A stretch of 13,119 nucleotides of DNA from Tubiluchus corallicola (GCA_030141605.1 JAQGDQ010001314.1:34868-47986), one strand, 5' to 3'. Positions 1-10,117 are shown, counted from the stretch's first letter. A program made the numbers and translations. Notes: generated by a model from the letters alone, not told the origin.

Positions 1-2275
1 GTAAGTTAACATCCAAGTGTCTGACGTCCAGTGACTAGGATTCACTGGGTGGTAAGTTAACACCCAAGTGTCTGATGTCCAGTGACTAGGATTCACTGAG
101 TGGTAAGTTAACACCCAAGTGTCTGACGTCCAGTGACTAGTGTGCACTGGGTAGCTAAGTTAACACCCAAGCATCTGACGTCCAGTGACTAGTGTGCACT
201 GGGTGGTAAGTTAACATCCAAGTGTATGACGTCGAGTGACTAACATTCACTGGGTAGCTAAGTTAACACCCAAGCGTCTGATGTCCAGTGACTAGTGTGC
301 ACTGGGTGGTAAGTTAACATCCAAGCATCTGACGTCCAGTGACTAGTGTGCACTGGGTGGTAAGTTAACATCCAAGCGTCTGACGTCCAGTGACTAGTGT
401 GCACTGGGTGGTAAGTTAACATCCAAGCGTCTGACGTCGAGTGACTAACATTCACTGGGTAGCTAAGTTAACACCCAAGCGTCTGATGTCCAGTGACTAG
501 TGTGCACTGGGTGGTAAGTTAACATCCAAGTGTCTGACGTCCAGTGACTAGGATTCACTGCTGTGGTAAGTTAACACCCAAGTGTCTGACGTCCAGTGAC
601 TAGGATTCACTGAGTGGTAAGTTAACACCCAAGTGTCTGACGTCCAGTGACTGTGTGCACTGGGTAGCTAAGTTAACACCCAAGCATAGTGACTAGTGTG
701 CACTGGGTGGTAAGTTAACATCCAAGTGTATGACGTCGAGTGACTAACATTCACTGGGTAGCTAAGTTAACACCACGGGTGTTAACACCAAGCGTCGATG
801 TCCAGTGACTAGTCACTGGGTGGTAAGTTAACATCCAAGCATCTGACGTCCAGTGACTAGTGTGCACTGGGTGGTAAGTTAACATCCAAGCGTCTGACGT
901 CGAGTGACTAACATTCACTGGGTAGCTAAGTTAACACCCAAGCGTCTGATGTCCAGTGACTAGTGTGCACTGGGTGGTAAGTTAACATCCAAGTGTCTGA
1001 CGTCCAGTGACTAGGATTCACTGCTGTGGTAAGTTAACACCCAAGTGTCTGACGTCCAGTGACTAGGATTCACTGAGTGGTAAGTTAACATTAAAGTGTC
1101 TGACGTCCAGTGACTAGCATTCACTGGGTAGCTAAGTTAACACCCAAGTGTCTGACGTCCAGTGACTAGGATTCACTGGGTAGCTAAGTTAACATCTAAG
1201 TGTCTGATGTCCAGTGACTGGTATTCACTGGGTGCTAAGTTAACATCCAAGCATCTGACGTCCAGTGACTAGCATTCACTGGGTGGTAAGTTAACATCCA
1301 AGCATCTGACGTCCAGTGACTAGCATTGACTGGGTAGCTAAGTTAACACCCAAGCGTCTGACGTCCAGTGACTAGGATTCACTGGGTAGTTAAGTTAACA
1401 CCCAAATGTCTGATGTCCAGTGACTAGCATTCACTGGGTAAGTTAACACCCAAGTGTCTGACGTCCAGTGACTAGGATTCACTGAGTGGTAAGTTAACAT
1501 TAAAGTGTCTGACGTCCAGTGACTAGCATTCACTGGGTAGCTAAGTTAACACCCAAGTGTCTGACGTCCAGTGACTAGGATTCACTGGGTAGCTAAGTTA
1601 ACATCTAAGTGTCTGATGTCCAGTGACTGGTATTCACTGGGTGCTAAGTTAACATCCAAGCATCTGACGTCCAGTGACTAGCATTCACTGGGTGGTAAGT
1701 TAACATCCAAGCATCTGACGTCCAGTGACTAGCATTGACTGGGTAGCTAAGTTAACACCCAAGCATCTGACGTCCAGTGACTAGCATTCACTGGATAGTT
1801 AAGTTAACACCCAAATGTCTGATGTCCAGTGACTAGCATTCACTGGGTAGCTAAGTTAACACCCAAGTGTCTGACGTCCAGTGACTAGCATTCACTGGGT
1901 AGCTAAGTTAACACCCAAGCGTCTGATGTCCAGTGACTAGTGTTCACTGGGTGGTAAGTTAACACCCAAGTGTCTGACGTCCAGTGACTAGCATTCACTG
2001 GGTAGCTAAGTTAACACCCAAGTGTCTGACGTGCAGTGACTAGTGTGCACTGGGTGGTAAGTTAACATCCAAGTGTCTGACGTCCAGTGACTAGGATTCA
2101 CTGGGTGGTAAGTTAACACCCAAGTGTCTGATGTCCAGTGACTAGGATTCACTGAGTGGTAAGTTAACATCCAAGTGTCTGACGTCCAGTGACTAGTGTG
2201 CACTGGGTAGCTAAGTTAACACCCAAGCATCTGACGTCCAGTGACTAGTACGCACTGGGTGGTAAGTTAACATCC
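1..2275. repeat. Tandem satellite, 51/52-bp unit, about 44 copies, truncated by the left window edge; probably intronic in the RTK gene
   Basis: Unit GTAAGTTAACA(T/C)CCAAG(TG/CA/CG)TCTGACGTCCAGTGACTAG(GATT/CATT/TGTG)CACTGGGT(G/AGC) repeats head-to-tail with no unique spacers. The first two units start at 1 and 52; the array ends at ...GTTAACATCC 2275. Confidence 0.98.
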
Positions 2276-2310
2276 ATAATTTGTATAATAATATACTATA
2301 TAATAATTTG

Positions 2311-2501
2311 TAAGCTCAGTCATCATTGGCTGTTTGAGGAATTGACGCTGGACGCTAGATGCTCTTCTAAAAACATGAAGAGCTTCCAGCGTCTGGTGCC
2401 AAAATGTTTGGTTCCATCACCCATTGACAATACATGCGTTCTTTGGAGGCTGGAAAGCTTTCCAGATTCGCCGCTGGACAGTTTAGTGTATCATTAACTT
2501 A
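2311..2501. mobile_element. Possible degenerate palindromic MITE remnant
   Basis: Locally GC-richer block with an internal inverted repeat (2351-2367 vs 2377-2393, 15/17 match), a perfect 16-bp palindrome CTGGAAAGCTTTCCAG (2450-2465) and weakly complementary ends (TAAGCT...AACTTA). Family not assignable by eye. Confidence 0.3.
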
Positions 2502-3198
2502 ACGGAGAGTAAAACTGGATAACAGAGTAAGCATTTCAATACTGTATTATTATCTTGTAAATCTGTTGATATAGATGTAAATGCTTTGCATAGTCTTCTT
2601 GCCGGTTTGCATCTGTGTTTTATGAACATACGCCTATTGTAGAAAAAAGCTTCAAGTGAACGCTCTGAGATTATAACACTTAAGAGTTAGGAGTCACTAA
2701 TCTTAGCACTGGAAGTATGCTAGAAGTTATTCTAGCCAATCCTGTATGTATTGAGATGTGTATTATATTATTGCGTCTAAAGGCCAATCAAAAACAACTT
2801 GGAAGTAGTGTCCGTCTCCGTGGTGACAGGCCAGCAGAGGACGTTATTATGGTGACAGGTGAGCAGAGGTTCGTTTGTAGGTGTTACTAAGGATAGATAT
2901 TTTTAGATGTGTGACATCAGTTAACTAAATTTAGCCTCAGAATTGGGGTAAACAAGGACCAGCACTATCAGTTGGAAGACAGTCAGTTTGTAGACTCAAG
3001 TGCTTTGCTATAAACTCTCTACCCTCTTGCACTTATTGTTGATGTTCATAACTGTACTTTATACTCAATATAGTATATGGCCATTTATGCTAAACAAGAC
3101 GTCGTGCTTTATACTTCAACACGCCAAGAAGACAACTTCAAGACACCGTTCATTATTACTGGTACCTCAACCATTATTACTACTGATTGTAATTTTAC

Positions 3199-3321
3199 CC
3201 GATCTCTCTTTACTGATTGCCGGATGACAGTTATATCACGAGCAAAGCCAAAGTTAGTGATCTTGCAAGTCCAGTCTTTGGTGACAAGTATACTACGTGC
3301 TGCTAGATCTCGGTGAAGAAA
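3199..3321 (-). CDS. RTK-like gene exon: kinase subdomains VIb-VII (catalytic loop and start of activation loop), degenerate motifs
   Basis: Manual minus-strand translation gives FLHRDLAARSILVTKDWTCKITNFGFARDITVIRQSVKRDR. Acceptor gttttttag|TTT at 3321, donor CGG|gtaaaa at 3199, 123 nt, phase 0/0. It joins in frame to ...GMNHLTRNG of the previous exon. Confidence 0.93.
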
Positions 3322-4468
3322 CTAAAAAACACAAGAACCCAACAAAATAATTATGCACTCAACTTTAAAATGCTAAGTGAAACACTCTAATAATGGAACG
3401 AGCAATCGCAATTGAATGTTTTATGATTTTTATTTACAAGAGGCGTTTCTTAACATGCTCACTTTGGGATCAATGGCGGCTCGTGTATACTATGCAGTAC
3501 CACCTATTTTAGTCGATATTATTGTTAATATTCTGCATAATAAATCTTTTTTCATTAGTTCTTTCTTTACACTTGAACTGAACCAGAGCACTTGAGGGTA
3601 GCACTGTTTGCTTCACAGCCCAGCACAGTGCCCACAAGCAACGTGGTGTTTGGCTGTTGTCCGCATGCGGCCATGCGCACATTTTTGAGATCAGACGCTG
3701 CACTTTAGGTAGAAGAAGTACTGTCGCTCACGCAGTGTGTATTGTCAGTCCCACGTGCTTAAAAGCCGAGTACCTGCATATTCTTGAACTGCGACAATTT
3801 AGGCTATTCGTAAGCAAACAATATTTTTGTTTAGGATTTTATCAAGTTTATGTATAAAATATTCGTAAGTTTGTTTCTTTGAAATTACAACATTAAGATT
3901 ACATGTTTCGTTGTTTTACACAGCATCAAAACAATAGCTAAACATTTTCTGAAGCAGCACCGTCAGTAATTTCAGCTACGAGCCGACACTGCATCAGATG
4001 AAAGTGTGTTGACCCAATTAACTGAATCTGTTATCAGACGGTGTAGTACTACTAGCACAGAGGTAAGAGTCGTCACTCTCCAGCCTAGCATACAGAAAGA
4101 AGAAAGGAATTAAATGAGTTTTAAAAACGAATTAATGTCAACATTCCCATGTGCAATTATTTAAGAATACAAATTTATATAAAAAAGAAAAGAAAAAATC
4201 ACGTTATTATCACAAAAAATTACAAAAATTCGCGCAAGATCGGTTGCTTCATTTCTTCCCAAAAAAGCTAGTTTGTGAAGTTCTCATAAAACGTTGAAAA
4301 AATCACATAATAAAAATATCATAATCATAAAACGTATTATAATTTCGTCGTGTCGATTCATTAGCAAATCGTGTATTTTATCTGAACAAATGACTATAAA
4401 ATCTAAGGAAGCATTATTGAGCTGCACAGGAAATTTCATTAAGCTTTTCGTTAAGTAGAGTAACTTAA

Positions 4469-4986
4469 AGGGAAACCGGACCCAATGTTAAGCTGTAGGC
4501 CAAAACAACCTATTCTTTAAAATATTGAAAGGAAACTTACTATTTTTCCAAAAATGACTAACGTGAAAGAATCATTACCACACTATTACATGCATTTCGC
4601 CATTTGGTAGTCAGACGTGCACTAATGCCTGCATTTCGGAAAGTGTTGCACAAAAAACAGATGATGTAACTCTCAGTTCAGATGTGTTAGTTTGTGACGA
4701 ACTGTACACGCAAAAACTTGAGTGCAAAGTTTTTAGAGCAAAACACTGAATATCTTACAGTAGCACTCTACTTCAATTTTCTCTTTCTCACGCGCAACAC
4801 GCTCATGGAATATTTTTGCTGTTGAAAATTATGTTAGTTTGTGATGTCATCCACAGTTGGGCTCGCCAGCCGTTTTTAATCTATTATTTAATTGTCAGAA
4901 ACGCTTTTGCAGTATTAATTGTGCTAAAATGTATACTTTTTATCGGACTTGAAAATGAGGTAGTACATGAAAAATCCTGTCTTCCT
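4469..4986 (+). mobile_element. Non-autonomous DNA transposon, Kolobok-like, copy 1 (complete, 518 bp)
   Basis: TTAA at 4465-4468 and 4987-4990 flank the termini AGGGAAACCGGAC...CTTCCT. The body is clearly homologous to 10512-11108 (reverse) and 11471-12055. A TTAA target duplication with AG...CT termini fits Kolobok rather than piggyBac (CC...GG). No transposase ORF. Confidence 0.8.
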
Positions 4987-5074
4987 TTAAGTACTAACAC
5001 TTAAGTATCATTTGCATGATTCTTTAATAATTACGTTATAGTTAATTAATTAATTAATGAAGTTATCAAGTTAC

Positions 5075-5415
5075 CCCGTTTCGAGTGAGATGATTCATTC
5101 CGCTTGCTATTTCTAGAGCAAATTTCAGTAACTGTCGAAATGGTAGTGTGTTACTACCTGCAGCTAAATTCTCATAATTATATCTTTGTATAACATCAGG
5201 GTCATCGTCTGTACTTTCATCTTGAGCAGGTGCTCGACTCTCTACCAGCAAGTCTTTTAAACTGCCCAGTTCACAATATTCAGTAACCATAGCCAATGTT
5301 GTTCCGGTTTTCGGATCTTCGAAATAGCCGAATAATTCTAGGATGTGTTCGTGCTTCGGAACAGCATGCATAACTTCTATTTCTCTTTGAAGCATTGATA
5401 ACTGCGCTTTTGTGG
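5075..5415 (-). CDS. RTK-like gene exon: kinase subdomains III-VIa including kinase insert
   Basis: (S)TKAQLSMLQREIEVMHAVPKHEHILELFGYFEDPKTGTTLAMVTEYCELGSLKDLL-insert-LPFRQLLKFALEIASGMNHLTRNG matches the tyrosine kinase alphaC, hinge and alphaE pattern. Acceptor ttacatttag|CC at 5415 (phase 1, completes T+CC = Ser), donor GGG|gtaact at 5075; 341 nt. Confidence 0.93.
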
Positions 5416-5859
5416 CTAAATGTAATGTAAGAAAGTGGTCAAAATAAGCTAAAATGTAGTGTAAGAAAGTGGTCAAAATAAGCTAAAATGTAGTGTAAGA
5501 AAGTGGTCAAAATAAGCTAAAATGTAATGTAAGAAAGTGGTCAAAATAAGCTAAAATGTACTCTAAGAAAGTGGTCAAAGTAAGCTAAAATGTTGTGTAA
5601 GAAAGTAGTCAAAATAAGCTAAAATGTAGTGTAGAAAAGTGGTCAAAATAATATAAAATGTTGTGTAAGAAAGTGGTCAAAATAAGCTAAAATGTAGTGT
5701 AAGAAAGTAGTCAAAATAAACTAAAATGTTGTTTAAGAAAGTGGTCAAAATAAGCTAAAATGTAGTGTAAGAAAGTAGTCAAAATAAACTAAAATGTTGT
5801 GTAAGAAAGTACTCAAAATAAGCTAAAATGTTGTGTAAGAAAGTGGTCAAAATAAGCTA
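5415..5859. repeat. 34-bp minisatellite, about 13 copies, overlapping the splice acceptor of the adjacent kinase exon
   Basis: Unit GCTAAAATGTAGTGTAAGAAAGTGGTCAAAATAA starts at 5415, 5448, 5482 and continues to 5856. The exon-proximal unit is 33 bp. Confidence 0.97.
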
Positions 5860-6671
5860 GAAACCATATTTATATAGGGACCAGTCAATAGAACAACGTA
5901 TAAGTTTTAAACTCCGTCAGAACCGCATAATTCAAAATTGGTATTGTAAGACTTATGATTTTTCTGCTACTGTATGAGCACAGAGATAACGAATTCATTG
6001 CAAATTCTGTTTAGGAAAATATTTAGGACTGTTCTATTTAGGAAAATCTTGGCTGCCCTAATATGCTATTTGTTTAAACATTTATAAGTGATTTAACTGG
6101 ATAAAATTAAGAAAAACACCCTTTTTTCAGGCACAAGGCTATTGAGTATCGTTGTCTGGTGTACTCGTGCGTGATCGTACACACTATTTTATTGATCGCC
6201 TGTTTGCTACAGCCCAAGCTGTGCAATGTTCTGCTGCTATTCCAGGAAAAACCAACCAATCAGCCAATGAGAAATTAATGTCGTTTCATCTTATAACAGA
6301 AATTTAAGTGTATCAGAGTGTTGTGTTTGGATAGTTGAAATTTTCTGCATTAGCCAATTTCACACAGTAATGCTGTACATTGTTAGAATGCAAACAGTGC
6401 AGTTACTGAAAGCTTTTTTTTCAATTTTTTCATCAAAAATCACTTTTTAGTATCTTTAAGGTAAGCAAACGCATTTCGTATATAATTTTGCTTGAAAATC
6501 CATTATTTGAGGAGCAGAAACCTACAAAAATTGTCAAATATAACGTAATCGCTGCATAGTGAGAGCAGATTTCATGAACCAATGCAAAATGCAGCAAAAA
6601 TGTTTACGGTCCTGAATGAATTAATAAGCTCCTACACAATTGATTATATTTCACTTTCTTGTACATTTATT

Positions 6672-6694
6672 AGAAGAAGAAGAAGAAGAAGAAG
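6672..6694. repeat. (AGA)n trinucleotide microsatellite, about 8 units
   Basis: AGAAGAAGAAGAAGAAGAAGAAG read directly; it explains the poly-Arg in ORF 6582..6782. Confidence 0.9.
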
Positions 6695-8400
6695 ATCTGC
6701 AAGTTCTTTTGCTAATAAAATATGTGTAATTTGCTGTGCGTTTCCTTTTCCATTTCTCTTCATGCTGATGGAACCTTATTGAAATTTTTTTTATTGAACT
6801 ACAGTAGTGGTTTTTGAATATCTGCATAACAGTTGACTGTTTTATTTAATTAAATAAAAAATCAATTTCAAATTAAAATTAAACTTATTCGAGTTAACAC
6901 GAATCACAGTTTTGTTTTAAGCTCATCAGTAGGTGACCGATACCTTAAAAAAACGTAAAAGATCCTTTAGAGCGCTAGCACCTCCCCTTCCCCCGCACAC
7001 AAAGTAATTCTACTTCTGTTGCAAACGCAAGTACAGGGTGTCTCATAAGTCACTATGCACTTTGATTTCTATTTTTTTCAATTGTTCTCCAATCTCAACA
7101 AGGCCTTTGCCATATTTTAAAATTTTATTTCTTGATTGAAACTCGGTTGCTATGGTGACGAAAGTAACATTAGAAATGAGGTGCAAAATCAGCCTGGCTT
7201 GAGCTCCTTCAGTCATCAACTGAAGTTCTGTGGGAATTCAGAGCACCATATGAACATTGTTCTCTAATTATTACAAGTTTTTCAACAAGGTGCAGCCCTT
7301 CCTCAGTATATATGAGCTGAGAGAGACTTTCTCATTGCGAAATGCCTGGCTTGACATAGGCTTGATATCTAAAACTCTTGAGGTCTTTAAAAAGGTAGCA
7401 AAAATAGCAGACCTTACTATTGCAGTAGATATTTCCAGATTTTCGTCTTATTCGACTAAAAGAATTGCCCAAGGTTTTAGGTTTATTTTTATCAATTTTC
7501 AAACGTCTTGCTTTTCTGTTAATAAATATATAGTGTTATGTTGAGTAACTAATTAACATCTATGACTGTTACAACACTTTGGTTTGGTGTTCTTTTAGGC
7601 AGTGCATCTTAACAGGTAATTGGAATGGCGCTGCTCTTTAAATTGGAATAAAGCCATAATTCCAATCATTTTCTCTTTTATTTGTGGTTAAAACATATAG
7701 TGTGGATGCGCCCAGTCCAGGCAAAGAAACGGCAAAAATCAGTATTGAACTGCGCGATAGACCTGCAATTTTTTAAAATGACAGAGCACAAAAAGTGCCT
7801 AAGAATGTGATAAAGCTTGTTACTATTTAGACAAAATAAAAAATTAGATTTAAGAAGACTGAAACACAAATTATTACCTCGTGATTCTAGAGATTTGAAG
7901 CAATTCTAACCAATTTAAACTATTAACTTATTATTATGAAAGTAGATGGTGACTTACATTTATTGGTGACAACTTTGGCTTGAAGATACAACTAGTGACT
8001 GTTCAATTGTAACAAAATAGACAAAGCAATGCAAGTATCACCAAACAGCATGATCAGCATAGCGGCAACAGAAAATCAAACTACGTGTAGAAACAAGTGT
8101 GATTGATAGGTGGCGTATACTACTAAAGCTTAGGTCACATGACTAAGGCTGGCTTCGCTTTAAACACTTTCAGGAAATGCATGTTTGTAAAAATACGAAA
8201 AGAAAACAAATAATTATAGAATGCTAGATTAAATTGCTTGACACCAACATATAGAAAATGTGAAGTGAATAGTGACTCACGAAGCATCCTGTTTATTTTC
8301 AGCGTCATAGTGACCACTTATTAATCAGCAATGTCTAGTTTAGGCAAGGTCAGTTACTTTGTCAATGACCCTAAATATCAGTTGATTCTAGAATACGTAC

Positions 8401-8560
8401 ATAAAGGCTTCTTCACAGCTACTGCAACATCAGCACGACCACTGACGTCCCTCGCTTGTGCTTTGAAAACTTCACCAAACGAACCTTCACCAATCCGTGC
8501 GTGAACAACCACGATCTTATTAGCAGGTATCTTTGTGGCTTTGCATGCCCATTTACTCAA
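8401..8560 (-). CDS. RTK-like gene exon: kinase subdomains I-II (Gly-rich loop and VAVK lysine)
   Basis: LSKWACKATKIPANKIVVVHARIGEGSFGEVFKAQARDVSGRADVAVAVKKPL. Acceptor gattttacag|TTG at 8560, donor TTA T|gtacgt at 8401; 160 nt, phase 0/1, compatible with both neighbours. Confidence 0.93.
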
Positions 8561-9069
8561 CTGTAAAATCATTTTATCTACACTTGGTTGCACGTTGGCA
8601 TTGTCATAAAAACTATAAATCTCACATCTTCTTTTCTCATTTTAGCCATAACATTTTTATGCTTATTCCTTTTCTACATACTTTTGTATATAGATTCTCC
8701 TTTTTCCTATTTCATATGTTACAGTTTGTAGAGCTGACAAACTTCTAACTTCGTTTAAAAACACATTTATTAAAACTGATTTTAAAAAAGTAGCTTTTAA
8801 CAAAATAAAGCAACAAATTTCCTCGCCATAACTCTGGCGTTCTGCTAATCTGAACAAACTCTTTTTGCTCTCCTCTGCTCCGTCTTCCCAATTTGCCCAA
8901 CTAGTTCACTAATCAAGCTATATTATATCTATGACTCAAGTACAGCTTAGTCAAGCGCAACACATATTCAGCCGCTCTTACAAGATATTGTAAGCTTCTT
9001 GAATTGAATTGCTGCAGTAGTATTATCATAAACAGATACTAAATGTTATCATTATAGTCGTTAATTTGA

Positions 9070-9152
9070 ATTAAAATTATGCAATGATGTGCATATATAT
9101 ATATATATATGCACATCATTGCATAATTTTAATATATATATATATATATATA
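9070..9152. repeat. Perfect 64-bp palindrome centred on (AT)9, followed by a second (AT)n run
   Basis: ATTAAAATTATGCAATGATGTGC-(AT)9-GCACATCATTGCATAATTTTAAT spans 9070-9133, then (AT)n continues to about 9152. Confidence 0.95.
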
Positions 9153-9832
9153 AAATATGTAAAATGTATGTTACTATGATATACTATTGACATGAAATGA
9201 ACAAAAGGAAATAAATTGAAATTGAAATTGAAATTATGACTCGAGCTCATCCAACAAAGTAAGTTGAGGACATCAGAGCGTTATTTAGTAGAGGTAATGT
9301 TTTGGTTTGCTTTGAAGTTACGTTTAATCCGTTTAGCGCATTCCTGGGTAAAACTGACAAATATGTCAGATTTTTTATTTAACGGTAAAGCTCGGACAAC
9401 ATATTTTACGAATTTTAACATACAGTTAAAAATATTAAAGTCGCCACACATTGCGCAAAATACCTTGCTTTATCAATGTAAAATACATTTAAATGATTCG
9501 TATCTCCCGCCAAGCGAGTCTCTTCGCAGGCATATTTGAGGAAGTGACGTAAGCTGGTGGACAACAAGAAAGCACGCATAACCAAACGTTGCAGACAAAA
9601 ATTTCACTATTCTAGCTGACCAAATTCTTTGTTTAATTGCGTTTGTTGACTAGTTTGATGACCGTTAGTCGCAGGGAGTTTGATGGTAAGTCGTTAGAAA
9701 CAAGTTTAGATTACAGTGCTTGAAATTTGAAAAAATAATCAGAGCATTCGTAGCACACTCTTCATTAACTAGTCAATAGTATAATTTACTTTATATTGTC
9801 AATAAGATCAATAAAGTGATTTTGGTGAATCG

Positions 9833-10020
9833 GTAGTGCACACTGGGAAGGCGAGTCAGTAGTGCACACTCGGAAGGTGAGTCAGTGGTGCACACTGGGA
9901 AGGTGAGGCAGTGGTGCACACTGGGAAGGTGAGTCAGTGGTGCAGACTGGGAAGGTGAGCCTGTGATGCACACTGGGAAGGTGAGTCAGTGGTGCACACT
10001 GGGAAGGTGAGTCAGTGATG
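9833..10020. repeat. 26-bp minisatellite, about 7 copies
   Basis: Unit CACACTGGGAAGGTGAGTCAGTGGTG starts at 9839, 9865, 9891, 9917, 9943, 9969 and 9995. Confidence 0.96.
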
Positions 10021-10117
10021 TCTTACCAGTTGCTCGATTATTTTAAATAATTGGGAATTTTCTTTTAAAATTACATAAGTCCATCAAGTGTAACGCTGAG
10101 TATATACTTTAAAATAC

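Noticed and set aside
258-2203. Repetitive-protein ORFs (TSHWTSDAWMLTYHPVH)n at 258..455 and 2006..2203
   Set aside because: They are a by-product of the 51-bp (17-codon) period. The 52-bp units and indels repeatedly break the frame.
1-2275. CRISPR array (regular hairpin-containing repeats)
   Set aside because: There are no unique spacers, the whole unit repeats, no cas genes are present and the context is a spliced eukaryotic gene.
2276-3198. Next kinase exon (P-x-x-W-M-A-P-E, subdomain VIII), and the idea that the gene is truncated
   Set aside because: No such exon was found by eye here. It most likely lies beyond the satellite to the left of the window, so truncation cannot be claimed.
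3253-3294. A-to-I editing could restore DFG (AAC to GAC) and switch the kinase on
   Set aside because: There is no local duplex evidence, and the catalytic-loop Ser (AGT) cannot be returned to Asn by A-to-I editing. It is pure speculation without RNA data.
3000-3316. Plus-strand ORFs 3000..3227 and 3077..3316
   Set aside because: They are antisense shadows of the real minus-strand HRD exon and its intron, with no recognisable protein features.
5877-6058. Possible Harbinger/Tourist-like MITE (TAGGGACCAGTCAA ... TTGGCTGCCCTA)
   Set aside because: The terminal match is short and gapped and there is no second copy in the window.
6582-6782. ORF with poly-Arg
   Set aside because: It is the translation of an (AGA)n microsatellite in an intron.
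7032-7045. Tc1/mariner-like terminus TA-CAGGGTGTCTCA
   Set aside because: No matching inverted end or transposase remnant was found in the window.
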